Positions 43,803 through 57,895 are shown, counted from the stretch's first letter. The stretch is 64,000 bases of DNA from Octopus vulgaris (GCA_951406725.2 OX597837.1:21204001-21268000), one strand, 5' to 3'. Notes: generated by a model from the sequence alone, not told the origin. Made by a program: numbers and translations.

Positions 43803-44194
43803 ATAATATTATAATAAATTAGAGACAAAACCACTGTTATGCAAATCAAACAAAGAAAGACTTAAGCCAATACATAAAAAATTTATATAATTAAAATTTA
43901 ACAAATGAATAACCACTACGATCGTTTCGTGTTAGCACATCTTAGACATTCTTCAGGTGGTTTCTAAACCTTCTTAGCGAGTTATAAACTATGAAGTTAT
44001 TATATATGTATATATATATATATACATATATACGACGGGCTTCTTTCAGTTTCCATCTACCAAATCCAATCACAAGGCTTTGGTCAGCTCGAGGCTATAG
44101 TAAAAGACACTTGCCCAAGGTGCCATGCAGTGGGACTGAACCTGGAACCATGTGGTTCATAAGCAAGCTTCTTACCACACAGTCACTCCTATGC
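43493..44194 (-). mobile_element. SINE family A with a Penelope-like fragment (about 43815-43995) inserted in its (TA)n spacer
   Basis: SINE halves at 43493-43730 and 44030-44194. Confidence 0.8.
43911..43962 (-). ncRNA. Type I hammerhead ribozyme motif (minimal, Penelope-type)
   Basis: AACCAC-CUGAAGA-augucuaagaugugcuaacac-GAAA-CGAUCG-UA-GUGGUU: perfect 6 bp stem I, intact core boxes, palindromic stem III, weak stem II. Confidence 0.78.
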
Positions 44195-44890
44195 CTTTCC
44201 AGAGTGTACTGTGTGATTTTTCATACCATCAGCCCTAGGGAGGTAGCTTTGGTGTGGTTTCTATGGCTGAATTCTCTTCCTATTGTCAATCAGTTTACAG
44301 ACCATACCAGGTGCCTTTTTGATACCACTGGTGGTACAAGTAAGATTTCCAAGTAACTTACAAGACAGAAAAAGAACAGGCAAAAATGGAAAATAAAAAA
44401 AAAAGGTCTTGCTATGGAGTTGGGGAGGGAGTATTTGAGAGGGGAGGTGGCTTTTTGCCTTGAATCGAAAGTATGATAGAGGGACAAGCATAGGTGTCTT
44501 GCTACAGAGGGGACATGTGGCTACCACACATTATACAGAGGTGGGGATTGGTTGGAAAGGATATAAAGATGAAGCACCAGAGTAAACTCTCAAGGTACAA
44601 GAAGGTGAACATAAGGAGGGGGGGTACCGACAATGTATCAGGGGAGGAGAGGGGAGAGTGGGTACTTTCATATGAGAGTGAAGAGAGTGTAAGAGATGGA
44701 GGTGGAGGGGAATGTAGTGAGTGATGAACAAAGGGTGGAGGTAGGGTGATGGGCCATATATCAGTATGGAGAGGGAGTAAGGTGAGAGAGACAGTAGTTA
44801 CTTTTGGAAGGACAGGATCAGAAGTTAGGGAAATAATGTGCTGGGTATAGGGGGAGTTGTGAGGAGGGAGATGAAGGGACATACATATAG

Positions 44891-44981
<91 letters not shown>

Positions 44982-45333
44982 GATGTATATATATACACAT
45001 ATATAGATGTAGAGCTGGCTATAGTGACTGGGGAGGGTGTGATGGCAAACATGTAAGGGTGTTGGGGAATGAAAGCAGATATGTGAGGTGTTGAATGGAA
45101 TACGACAGAGGCGAGATATCACTGAAGACACAGAAAGAAGGTGATTGGGGGTATGGGGAGGGGGATACTGGGAATGAGGGTGGAAGTGCTTCCGGGGAAG
45201 GAGGAGATAACTGGTAATGCAAAGAAATGGGGAGGAGCAACATGTGCCTGAGACTGCCCTCAAATGATCACAGGCACCAAGTCATGTGTGTGTGTATGCG
45301 TGTGAGTGTGTATGTGTGTATATGTGTGTGTGT

Positions 45334-45368
<35 letters not shown>

Positions 45369-46334
45369 ATGTGCATTATCTTTTATCGTTTACTTTCAGT
45401 CATTAGACTGTGGCCATGCTGTAACATCACCTTGAAGAATTTCAGTCGAATGACTTGTTAAGTTAGCTTGACATGTTTGCCACAGAAGACAAGAACTGAA
45501 CAACATTGCTTGCATGACAATGATGCTCATTCTATCTCCATTACGTGATGCCAAGACAAGATTCTCTCTCTCTCTCTCCCTCTCTCTCTTGTTATATACA
45601 CACAGCTTGAAGTTGGGTTCTTGGGGAGAGAACACAAATTCTTAATTCATACGCTACAAATGATCATGATACCTGGGACTAGAAAAATCTGCAAGACCTT
45701 AAGATTTAAAGAATGATGGTTAAAACAAGATGCTTTTCTTCGCAATATATACAGAGAGAGAAAAAGAGAGAGAGAGAGATGAAAGGCTTCGTTCAGTTTC
45801 TGTCTACCGAATCCACTCACAAGGCTTTGGTTGACTTGGGGCTATATTAGAAGACACTTTCTCAAGGTGCCATGCAGTAGGACTGAACCTGGAACCATGT
45901 GGTTGGAAAGCAAACTTCTTACCACAGAGCCATGCCTGCACCTATATATATATATATATGAGTGTGTATGCGTGTGTGTGTGTGTTTGTATGTATGTATA
46001 TATATATATGTGTGTGTGTGTATGTATGTATGCATGCATGTATGTATGTATGTATGTATGTATGTATGTATGTATGTATGTATGTATGTATGTATGTATG
46101 TATGTATGTATGCATGCATGCATGCATGTATGTATGTATGCATGCATGTATGTATGTATGTATGTATGTATGTATGTATGTATGTATGTATGTATTTATG
46201 TATGTATGTATGTATGTATGTATTTAGAGACAGGTAGAAACAAGGAAAATGCCACTTGTATTTGAATTCTATGCAAATATTCTTTTAAAAAACTTTTCTT
46301 TTAATTTTTCCAAAATTTAATTGTTTTCCATACT

Positions 46335-46373
46335 TACAATTGAAAAAGTCTCAATGACTGAAACCGGTACTGA
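46335..46373 (+). ncRNA. Decayed minimal hammerhead-like motif
   Basis: uUGAAaA-aguc-ucaau-gacu-GAAA-ccgg-UA-cug: 4 bp stem II and palindromic ccgg, but two core changes relative to CUGAAGA. Confidence 0.45.
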
Positions 46374-46521
46374 AATGTTTTTTATAAAATTATTTTAGCA
46401 TTTTCTAACTTGACATTTTTTTCCATATATATATACCTGAGTAAGCACATAAATGTAAAACAAGGTAGAAAAAAGAGTACTCAAATACCAGAGGTAAAGT
46501 ATATATATATATATACATATA

Positions 46522-46937
46522 TGAGTGGCTGTGTGGTAAGTAGCTTGCTTAACAACCACATGGTTCTGAGTTCAGTCCCACTGCATGGCACCTTGGGCAA
46601 GTGTATTCTACTATAGCCTTGGGCCAACCAAAGCCTTGTGAGTGGATTTGGTAGACAGAAACTGAAAGAAACCTGTCGTATATATGTATGTGTATGTGTG
46701 TATTTGTGTGTCTGTGCTTGTCCCTCCAACATTCCTCCAACATCGCTTGACAATCGATGCTGGTGTGTTTACGTCCCCATAACTTAGCAGTTCGGCAAAA
46801 AGAGACCGATAGAATAAGTACTAGGTTTACAAAGAATAAGAATAAGTTCTGGGGTCGATTTGCTCGACTAAAGGTGGTGCTCCAGCATGGCTGCAGTCAA
46901 ATGACTGAAACAAGTAAAAGAAAAGAATAGAAAGAGT
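46522..46937 (+). mobile_element. SINE family A
   Basis: Full-length copy. Confidence 0.85.
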
Positions 46938-46962
46938 ATGTATATATATATACACACACATA

Positions 46963-48124
46963 CGAGGTCATATCAAAAGGTTCCCAGACCAATTATGTTT
47001 AATAAAAAATAACTTATTTGCCTAAGTTTTAGAATCATCTCCTTCAAAATAGTCATCTTGCACAGCAATACACTAGTCCCAGCATGCCTACCACTTTTGG
47101 AGTCTGGCCTGGAAGTCATTTTCTGTAAGCGAGTGCAGGACCTTCTGTGATTCACTCTGGATCTCAGCAATGGTGTTAAAACATTGACCTTTTCATCTTT
47201 GGGAAGAGATGGAAGTCTGCAGGTGTTAAATCTGATGAATAGGGTGGGTACAGAAAGAATACCATGTGAGAAAGTCATGAATGAGGAAAGCTCAATGAAG
47301 AATCTAATTCTTTGTGCTCCACAGATCCGATCTCTTTCACCAAATGTCCTCCCTTAGGTGTCACAGTAGAACTCGTGGGATGACGTCAGTAGCTGGGGAG
47401 CTGACCAGAACTTGGGAACTGACTGGAAGAGGAAATGCACAGGAGTGACTCATGTGCAGGCAGGGTCTGATTGGGCCTTTTCAATCAGGGTAGCCAATAG
47501 TGCTGGACGTGTGAGTGCTTCGACAAGGTAAGGGAAAAGCAGCAGCTATTTTTAGTGTTCGGGTCGGGCCACGTGGTAGGGTGCGTTACCACCGGGGAGG
47601 TCTGCATCGACAAAGAGAAGGTAGGTGTCTTTACTTCAAATCTCCCGCATACACCACAGAACTCCAGTTGATGGTCTGGCCCTGGGGGGTGAATTCTCAA
47701 TGCACAATACCACATTTTTGGGAGTGACACTTGTGACAGGTCTTCCAGATTGCTCATCATTTCTAGGGATACTCTTCCATTTTTGAAATACCCATGCCAT
47801 TTGAAACACTATGTACAACCCATTGCCTCGTCGCCGTAAACTTACTGAAGCATTTTCAATGTCTCTACAGCAGACTTGTCAAATTTAATGCAAAATTTCA
47901 CATTGGCTCTTTTTTCCAACTTCCTCACCATGACAAAAATTGCAGACTGCAGCATACAATGATCGCAAAAGCACAAATATTTTACAACTTGTGAAGTAAA
48001 CACAGCGATGCCACTCAGCACACTGCTTCAGAAAGGTCACTGTTAGTGCTCACCGTGCACGCAACCATGTACTGCCATCTGTTGGTGCACTACAGAATAG
48101 TCCAGGAACTTTTTGATACTACCT

Positions 48125-48126
<2 letters not shown>
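46963..48126 (-). mobile_element. Decayed mariner transposon with internal deletions and a nested solo LTR
   Basis: TIRs cgaggtcatatcaaaaggttcccagac / gtccaggaactttttgatactaccttg. Remnants DEQSGRPVTS and GIVH*EFTPQGQTIN. Confidence 0.75.
47374..47658. mobile_element. Probable solo LTR (285 bp)
   Basis: gaact|cGTGG...CCACA|gaact; GC-rich insert splitting the mariner remnant. Confidence 0.65.
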
Positions 48127-48163
<37 letters not shown>

Positions 48164-48166
48164 CTG

Positions 48167-48335
48167 TAGGAGTGACTGTGTGGTAAGTAGCTTGCTTACG
48201 AACCACATGGTTCTGGGTTCAGTCCCACTGCATGGCATTTTGGGCAAGTGTCTTCTACTATAGCCTTGGGGCAACCAAAGCCTTGTGAGTGAACTTGGTA
48301 GATGGAAGCTGAAAGTAGCCCATCGTATATATGTA

Positions 48336-48385
<50 letters not shown>

Positions 48386-48583
48386 GTGTGTGTGTATATG
48401 TTTGTGTGTCTATGTTTGTCCCCCCACCCCAACATCGTTTAACAACCGATGCTGGTGTGTTTACATCCTCGTAACCTAGTGCTTCAGCAAAAGAGACCAA
48501 CAGAATAAGTACTAGGCTTACAAAGAATAAGTCCTGGGGTCGATTTGCTGGCCACAGTCAAATGACTGAAACAAGTAAAAGAG
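48167..48583 (+). mobile_element. SINE family A
   Basis: Copy with a small deletion in the tail. Confidence 0.85.
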
Positions 48584-48603
48584 TATATATAAATATATAT
48601 ACA

Positions 48604-49108
48604 CTAGCAGTATCGCCCGGCGTTGCTCGGGTTTGTAAGGGAAATAACTATATAAGCATTTTTACTTCCCTTATAGATGCCAATTCGGGCTTTCTTAGCC
48701 ATTTCTGTTTTGGTGTCTTCAAGCCATGAAGTCGTTGTTCTAAAAGAACGCTGGTCTCCTTGACAACGCTTTACGACGTTGATTTGCTTACACTCCCTTC
48801 CCCACAGCTTCACGAGGGAGGGAAGAAGGGGGAGAAGCAAACAGGTGCAGGTGTGACCATGGACGCCAACTCCGCCGCCATCGACACACGAAAAATTATG
48901 CATTAAAATGGAATAAAAAATGATGTTAAATTATTTTTTAAATTGTAGACTCATCGTAGACGCGCGCTAATAGCCAGACGGGCTCGATATGAATCACGAC
49001 TATAAGATACCCGAATTTGGTTAAACTGCACCGCAAAATGTGGGAGGAGTTAGGAATCTAAATCGAAGGGGACAGACACTCACACAACTACAGTTTTATA
49101 TATATAGA
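48604..49108 (-). mobile_element. Complete non-autonomous Helitron (young, CpG-rich)
   Basis: Minus strand a|TCtatatatataaaac ... cccgagcaacgccgggcgatactgCTAG|t: A|T target and GC-rich subterminal hairpin. Confidence 0.85.
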
Positions 49109-50964
49109 TATATACATATATAGTGAATAGACAAAATTAAGCCATCAGGCTGAAGGGTTTGCATTATTTGTCCTTGTTCTCTTTCATGGCCAATAACTAT
49201 CACAGCAGTCTAGGGTAGTAGATTAGCAGAATCATTAGTATTGGATCACATGCTTTGCACTATCTGTTGTGGCTCTAAGCATCCTGAGTTCAAATTCTAT
49301 CCCCTTATCATCAGTTTTCTCATGATGAGAAAGTGGGGTAAACTTTGGGAGGGAGTTAATGGTGATAGCTTCTCCTCTGCTGCCAATGTCAGATGTGTTG
49401 AGAAGAGCATTTATTTTTGGAAATGACACTGTAGGTGTGCGAGACCTGATTTGGTCCTTTTTAAACATGAAACAGCCTGATATAGTTGGTTTAAATGCTA
49501 AAGGGTTAATTTCTATTGAAGTTTTTATTTAACTTTGTGCAGGGACCATTCATTTTATTGATTTGACCAAGGTTTTGCTCTTCTCTCCCTACTTTCCTCC
49601 CTGCCTGTCTCTCTCCCTCTCTTATTTTTTCATCCTTTCTGGTTTTCTCTCCCACCCTTCCCTATTCTTCTCCTCTCCTTTTCACTGTTCCCTCTCTCTT
49701 ACTCCTCCTCCTTCTCCTTATCATCGCTGACCAGAGGATAACTAACCTTCTTTCTGACTACTGCCTTCAGCAAGTCTACAACGGCTTCTGTCCTCGTAAG
49801 CCATTTTCTCAATGCGTTCAAATTAATTTTTCCATCATCTAGTCTTAAAAGCCCTCATCGTTTGTTTTTACTGTGTTACTCTCCTTGTCCTGTCTTTTAC
49901 TGTTTTTATTTGTATTGCTTTTACTGTCTTATTTGGATTTTGCTGTCCTGTTCTTGTCAACATTTTTACCCCTCCGCAAAAAATCCAAAATTTTATTTAA
50001 TTTGCTTTGTGGGAAGGACTGTTTCAACGAAGTCGTGTCTTGCGCTTACCTTTGAAACACGGAGTAGTCGAAGCAGGGGTAGCTGAAGAAGGGGAATGTT
50101 CCTTGTTTTGTATGTCTTGTACTCTGTTTTTCGTTGTTTGAAAAAGTTCGTTTCCATGGCTCTGTTTTTATGTTTTTGTTTCTCGTTGTGTTCTACGTTT
50201 TTTGGTAGCACGTAAAAAGCACCCACTACACTCACGAAGTGGTTGGCGTTAGGAAGGTCATCCAGCCATAGAAACATTGCTAGATTAGCCTGGGCCTGGT
50301 GCAGCCTCCTGGCTTCCCAGACCCCAGTTGAACCGTCCAACCCATGCTAGCATGGAAAGCGGACACTAAACGATGATGATGATGATGATGATACACACAC
50401 ACATATACATATATGTTTATGTATCAATGTGTGTGTGACTCATTGTCTGTATTTGTCCCCACCACTGATTGTCAACCAGTGTTGATGTGTTTATGTTCCT
50501 GCAACTTAGCGGTTTGGCAAAAGAGACCAATAGAATAAGTACCAAGCTTAAAAAAAAAAAAAGTGCTCAGGTCAATTCATTTAACTACAAATTCTTCAAA
50601 CCAGTGCCCCAGCATGGCCAGTATATAATGACTGAAAGCAAGAAAAAGATAAAAGGCAAAAAATAAATGGCCCATGCTTCATAGGGAGTGAAGAGCTTGA
50701 GTAATTAGGGTCCAGTCATGACCAGCTCATTTTTTAATATCTTTTGTAAATCTTTGATTCCACTGTGACCTTACTTTTCTAAGATGGTTGGTTGTGAATC
50801 AGTGAAGGCACAAAGCCTAATGGTTAGGGGCTTGGGCTTATGGCCAAAAGGTTATGGGTTTGGTTCCTAGAGCAGGCAGTGTCTTATATTCTTGAGTAAG
50901 GCACTTCATCTCATAGCATCCAATCACCTCAGCTGAATTGCATACCAGCTGAGTATTGATGTAG

Positions 50965-50999
<35 letters not shown>

Positions 51000-51539
51000 A
51001 TGATCACTATATCAGGGTGGGGAACTGGTACTTATTTCATCAACCCTTAAAGGATGAAAGGCAAAGTTAACTGTAGGGGAATTTGAACTCAAAACATAAG
51101 AATGGATGATGAAATGCTGCTAAGCATTTTGCCCAGCCTGCTAATGATTCCACCAGTTCACTGCCTTTGTTTGTATTATTATTATAATTCATTAAACAAA
51201 GGTGGAGAGCCAATAGAATTGTTAATACTCCAGGCAAAATGCTTAGTGGCATTTCATTTGTTTTTATTATCTGTGTTCAAACTCCACTGAGGTTGACTTT
51301 GCCTTTCATCATTTCGGGGTCAAAAGTACCATTTGGCCATTGGTGTTGATGTAAATGACTTACCCACTCCCTCAGAATTGCTAGCCTTGTGCCAAAATTT
51401 AAAATCATTTTTATTCATTAAACACAGAAGGAATGGGAAAGTTCAGGTTAGATATTTTATAGTATGCAGTTATGTCCCTTTATATTCTGAGTTCAAATCC
51501 AACTAGAGATGAAGTTAATTTTCTTTCATCTCTCTAGAG

Positions 51540-51740
51540 CAGTGGTTTTCAACCAGGGTTCCGTCAGTACAGTCCAGGGATTCCGCAAGAAGTTACAAAA
51601 CTGCTAAAATCAGCAGTAATTTTTAATTCTCCTGTGCAGATATGTGTGCATAAGACTATTAAATTATTGCACAGGGGTTCCTCGAGCCAGTGGAATGTTT
51701 CCTTGGGGTTCCGCTCCAGCAAAACGTTTGAAAAGCACTG
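51540..51740. mobile_element. hAT (Charlie-like) MITE
   Basis: TIR cagtggttttcaa / ttgaaaagcactg with a perfect 8 bp TSD ctctagag. Confidence 0.88.
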
Positions 51741-52939
51741 CTCTAGAGACTTACTTATCAAACCTTTCACTCCCTGTCTTGTACTTGGTCATCAATGACT
51801 TCATTCCACTGTTCTTAAATCTGGGCTATCTTTGTCTACTTCTCTTCAGACGGATCCCTGCTTTTCCTTCTTTTCAGATTTTACTGCTGCCTGTCATATG
51901 TTTTCTTGGGGCAAGGCCTTCCTCTCTTAAGTGTTGTTGGTTTCGAATTATCATCAATGCTTCTAAAACTCTGCTTTTTTTGGTAGGTAGGGATGTTGGT
52001 CCTACTCAAACTCATTTTCACCTCTCAGAAGAGGTGGTCCATAATAGCCTGACCCTGTCCTTTTGTCCTGTCCAACATGGTAGGCCCTTCAAGGAACATG
52101 CACTTTGGCAGAGCTTTCAGGATTATTAAAGCAAACAAACTTCTCTACCATAACAAGGAATAGATCTTGTAGTGGACTCTCTAGAGTAGTGGTTCTTAAT
52201 CATTTTTTGCCTTTGATTCCTATTTTACTCTCCTGGACTTCCATAGCCATTCAATGGATATATTAAAAAAAATCTTACTGTACTTTTATAATTAAATATC
52301 ATTATGCAGTATATGAAGAAATGGTAACTAGTGAAAATTACCATAATTACTACTAATAATAATAATAGGCTTATAGCTTGTAAGCATTCACTGAGTATTG
52401 ACTAAAGAAATTAGTCTTCTCTCAAAGATTCCTTGCCTTGCGAAGTTATTTGGTGACCTTGCCAGTGCAGGTGTTTCTTAAAAAGCATCCATTCCACACT
52501 GTAAAGTGGTTGGCATTTGGAAGGGCATCCAGCCGTAGAAACCATGCCAAAACTGACCTCGCCTGTGCTGGTACTACGTAAAAAGCACTCAGCCCACTCT
52601 GTGTGGTGGTTGATGTTAGGAAGATCATCCAGCCATGAAAAAGAAACCAGAAGTATGGTGCTCGGTTCTGCCTGGCCAGCTCCTGTCAAACTGTCCAACC
52701 AATGCCAGCACAGAAGGAGGATGTTAAACGATGATGATGATGATGATGGTTGAGGCATATAACCCTACAATGGAAAAAAGTGGGTATTAATATGAATGGG
52801 TATTAGAATGCATACTAATACCCACTTTTTTCCATTGAGGTCTTATATGCCCCAATATTAGACCATTTTCTTTAGCCCATACAACGTGAATGCATATAAG
52901 CTTTAAGTTTATAATCATTACAATTATTTACTAAATCAC

Positions 52940-53247
52940 TGTGATCACCGTGACTGATCAGGCTATCAGATGTTGCTACACATCGCTGGTCACAATGCGC
53001 TTTGCATTGTTTTAGCCTTTAAATGACGCCACCCCGCTGGCTAAGCGAGCAAGCCAACAGAAGAAAGAGTGAGAGGAAGTTGTGGCGAAAGAGTACAGCA
53101 GGGATCGCCACCATCCCCTGCCGGAGCCTCGTAGAGCTTTAGGTATTTTTGCTCAATAAACACTCACAACGCCTGGTCTGGGAATCGAAACTGCGATCCT
53201 ACGTCCGTGAGTCCGCTGCCCTAACCACTGGGCTATTGCGCCTCCAC
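52940..53247 (-). mobile_element. tRNA-derived SINE family C, tail type 3
   Basis: Same head and body as 19900-20095. Tail gctcgcttagccagcgggg...cattgtgaccagcgatgtg also occurs at 26560-26690. Confidence 0.82.
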
Positions 53248-53570
53248 ATTTACTAAATAGTATTAGGAATTATCTTTTAAAAAAATTCAAATATTTTGTG
53301 TATTGTAGAAGTATCTTTTACCATTTATTGTTTACTTGTTTCAGTCATTTGATTGTGGCCATGCTGGAGCACTGTCTTCAAGAGTTTTCATTGAAAAAAA
53401 TTAACCCCAGAGTTTTTTTGTAATTTTTAAAGCCTAGCACTTATTCAATGGGTTTCTTTTTTCCAAACTGCTAAGTTACAGAGACATAAACAAACAAACA
53501 TCAGTTGTCAAACAGCAATGTGGTTCAAACACACACACAAAGACAGGCTCATAGATATATATATATCTAC

Positions 53571-53601
<31 letters not shown>

Positions 53602-53602
<1 letters not shown>

Positions 53603-54169
53603 TGGGTTGTCCGGAAAGTTCATGCCAATTTATAGTAGCTTACATTTCGACTTATTTTAGAACATGGTTGAGTTCATAAAATAGGATTTGACTACACCTC
53701 CATTTAGAGCACAGTTTAAGCTATCTTTTCATGGAAGAAGATTTATGTTCCTATAACCTGTGTTAATTCTGTAACCTTTTAAAATGGAAGATAAGAAAGT
53801 TCATTTTCAGCACGTGATGCTTTGGGAACTAAACAAAAATTGCTGCAGCTCGGCTGGGATGTGTTACCCCACCTTCCATATTCACCAGATATTGCTCCTT
53901 CGGATTTCCACTTATTCAGATCTCTGCAGAATAGTCTTAATGGTAAAAATTTCAATTCCTTGAATGACGCAAAAAAAAAAAACCTTGATGAATTCTTTGC
54001 CATGAAACCACCTCAATTCTGGGAAAAGGGTATTTTCAAGTTAATGGAAAGATGGAGATGCATTGTGCAACAAAATGGTTCATATTTGGTTGATTAAAAA
54101 TGTAATGGCAAGTATTTATTGACCTTTTTCTTTCCTTTAAAAATCGGCACAAACTTTCCGGACAACCCA

Positions 54170-54170
<1 letters not shown>
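53602..54170 (+). mobile_element. Internally deleted mariner (DD34D-type) in the (TA)n spacer of a SINE A
   Basis: TIR ttgggttgtccggaaagtt / aactttccggacaacccaa. N-terminus MEDKKVHF joined to WDVLPHLPYSPDIAPSDFHLFRSLQN. Confidence 0.92.
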
Positions 54171-54211
<41 letters not shown>

Positions 54212-54574
54212 CAGGCTTCTTTCAGTTTCTGTTTACCGATATCCACTTTGGTTACAAGGCTATAGTAGAAGACACTTGTCTAAGGCATCACGCAGTGGGA
54301 TTGAACCTAGAACCATGTTGTTGGGAAGTAAGCTTCTTACCACACAGCCACACCACATAAATTTTAACAACAAAATCTTATATGGACCCCCTAGGGGTCA
54401 CAAGCCAACCCTAGTTGAGAACCACTGCTTTAGAGGGATTCCATTAAATAAAAAAAGTACCAGTAATATACCATGATCAATTCATTCCACTGCACCCTTC
54501 CCTCTTACAAATTCCTGTCGTTTTGCCATTGTTATAAACCATCATTATTTTTGTAGGTGGCGCTGATGGCATAG

Positions 54575-54948
54575 TTTTGCTGCTGCTGCTGCTGCCGTTG
54601 TTGTGATTGTTGTTGTTGTTGTGATTGTTGTTGCTTTTCCTGCTGCTGCTGTTGTTATTTTGTTGCTTTTGATGTTGGTTTTTGTTTTGTTTTTTTTTGT
54701 TGTTGTGTTATTGCTGCTGATCTTATCCTCTTGTTGATGTCGTTGCTGCTGCTGCTGCTGCTGCTGCTAGTGGAAAGGCTTCAAGAGAGTGTTGTTGTTG
54801 TTGTTGTTGTTGTTACTGTTGCTGATCCTGTTGTTGTTGATCAAAGGCCGTTTCATGAGACTGAGCAATGATGCTGTGTTGTGAAACTTAACATACACTT
54901 ACAAACCATTACACACGCACACACACACACACACGCATACACACACAC

Positions 54949-54980
<32 letters not shown>

Positions 54981-55166
54981 GCACAGCACAGAATCATATA
55001 CTCACTCATATAGATATAGTCTTTCTCTGTCGCTAACACACACATGCAAACACACACAATCTCTCTTTTTTTCTCTTTCTCCCATTTCACTGACTTTTGC
55101 TTCCAGGCTCTTTCTCTCTCTCTCTCTCACTTTCTCTCTCTCTCTCTTTCTTTCTCTCTCTCTCTT

Positions 55167-55216
<50 letters not shown>

Positions 55217-56087
55217 TCTCTTTCTTTTTTTTTATAACATACACAAACACATAAAATCTCTTACTCTCTTTAATATACAACACAGCCTCTCTATCACTCT
55301 CTCTTTTTCTCTTTTCTTCCTTGCCTCTCTCTCTCTCTCTTTCCTTCTGTAACACACACACACACACAAACTCATTCATGGCTTTTTCTCTTTCTTTTCC
55401 TTTCTTGTCTCCCCCCCCTCAAACACACAAACGCACTCCCTTTTTAACACACACACACACACACGCAATCACCCTTTTTCTGTGTTCCTTCTATCTCCTT
55501 AACATGCATACAATGTCTCTATCTCTCTCTATCTCTTTCTTTCCTCTCTCTAATACATATATGCGCAATTTCTCTCACCCTCTAACACACATATAATCTC
55601 TCTCTCTCTCTGTATGTCTTATACACACATACACACACAATCACTCTCTCTCCCTCTCTTACACACACATAATGTTTCTCTCTCTTTCCTTTTCAAACAC
55701 TCTCACATACACACACACACATACACATACTCTCACAATCACTCTCTCTCCCTCTCTTACACACATATAATGCTTCTCTCTCTTTCCTTCTCAAACACTC
55801 TCACACACACACACACACACATACTCTCACAGTCACACTCTCTCTCTCCCTCTCTTACACACACTACTACTCTCTCTCTCTGTCCTTCTTTTACATACAC
55901 ACATACACACACTAAAACCTCACATGGTTGCTATTTCTTTAGAATTTTCTTTTCTCTTCTTTTCATTTCTTTTTTTTCTTGTGTTGTTTTTGGCCTGATA
56001 AATTGAAATCACTGTTCCACTATTTAGAAGGCCAACTAAATGGGTCCCACAACCACCATCACCACCACCACCACCACCACCACCACC

Positions 56088-56143
<56 letters not shown>

Positions 56144-56270
56144 CCATCACCACCACCATCATTCGCCTGCCACCACCACCACCACCACCACCAACAACAA
56201 CAACAATAACCACCGCCATCACCACCACCATCATTCGCCACCACCACCACCACCACCACCTGCTGCTGAT
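54575..56270. repeat. Composite simple-repeat field: (GCT/GTT)n, (CA)/(CT)n, (CAC/CAA)n
   Basis: Direct inspection. Confidence 0.85.
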
Positions 56271-56890
56271 TTTGCTTTTAAATATTTTCACTCCTTTCAT
56301 AACACATAACATGATATCCTTTATTGAGAAACATTTCTTTTTAAAAAATATTTTTTCCTTACATATTTACATATCTCAACCCTCTTTCTGATTGTCTTAC
56401 TGTCTCCCTCCCTCTCTTTCTTTCATTCTCTCTCTCTCTCTCCATCCCTCAATCTCTCAAGCCTCTCTCTCCCCCACCCCTCTCTCCACCCTCCTCTCTC
56501 TCTCTCTCTCCAAAAATTCTTCTTCAGTAAAAATATTCCATCCACTTTGCATGAGTGCAAAAATCTAGAGTAAGGCACTCATGCACGCATACATGCGCAT
56601 GCGCATGCACACAAATACACACAAGGATAAAAAAAAAATAAAGGTTTTGAAAATTAAATGCAATTATTGGTAGGCGTTTGAGAGTACGTTTGAATGTATT
56701 GAGTCCTTCCTTACATGAACAGTCTCTGTAATACCTGTGTTAATGTAACCCCACATGTGTGCACATGGCTGCATGATTATGATGCATGCATCCCAACATC
56801 TAATCGATTAGTTCAGCCCTATTGCACAGTGCTATTGGCAGCCCTGGGTTGACCAAGGCCAAGTGAATAGATTTAGAAACTGAAAGAAGC

Positions 56891-56996
<106 letters not shown>

Positions 56997-57024
56997 CGTA
57001 CATATATATGTGTATGTATGTATG

Positions 57025-57080
<56 letters not shown>

Positions 57081-57122
57081 TATGTGTATGTATGTATGTA
57101 TATATATATATATGTTACAGTC

Positions 57123-57162
<40 letters not shown>

Positions 57163-57191
57163 GTAGATAGATAGGTAGATAGATAAGTCCT

Positions 57192-57254
<63 letters not shown>

Positions 57255-57587
57255 GTAGGTAGATGGATAGATAGATAGATAGATAGATAGGTAGAGAGAT
57301 GGATAGATAGATATGCTCATCTCTTGCAACCTTCTCCAGCTGAGCCTCCCTAATCTTGTGGGCTTGTAAGCGCTGGTGCCACATAAAAAGCACCCTGTAT
57401 ACTCTGTAAAGTGGTTGACATTAGGAAGGGCATTCAGCTGTAGAAACCATGCCAAAACAGACATTGAGTCTGAACGGCCATTCAGCAGGTCAGCTTCTGT
57501 CAAACCATCCAATCCATGCCAGCATGGAAAATGAACATTAAATGATGATGAGGATAATAGATACATACATACATACACACACACACA

Positions 57588-57622
<35 letters not shown>

Positions 57623-57895
57623 GAGGATATTTGGATTCAACAAGGAAGAGTATGATTGGGTTGTTATTTTTTAATTGCTACAATTGTTTTGATGCAATTG
57701 TAGCGATTAAAAGATAACTGTCCTTCTTGTTGACTCCAATTTCTTCAATTTATTATTCACACACGACAAATGCCCAAACTGAAACTTGGAAGTATATAAT
57801 GCTATCGGACAGTACTGAGCAATTCTGAAGGTGGACGAGCTTCATACTGTACTCTGCCATGTTCCTAATGGAATATACCATAACTATATATATAT

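Larger units (their letters stand above)
52187..54427. mobile_element. hAT MITE expanded by nested insertions
   Basis: ctctagag|tagtggttctt ... gagaaccactg|ctttagag. Confidence 0.7.

Noticed and set aside
50045-50105. Possible permuted hammerhead (gaaa...ctgaaga)
   Set aside because: No consistent stems or cleavage triplet could be assigned.
54560-54880. Poly-Q/N coding exon on the minus strand
   Set aside because: Frames are interrupted by stops and A-runs; best explained as a simple-repeat field.
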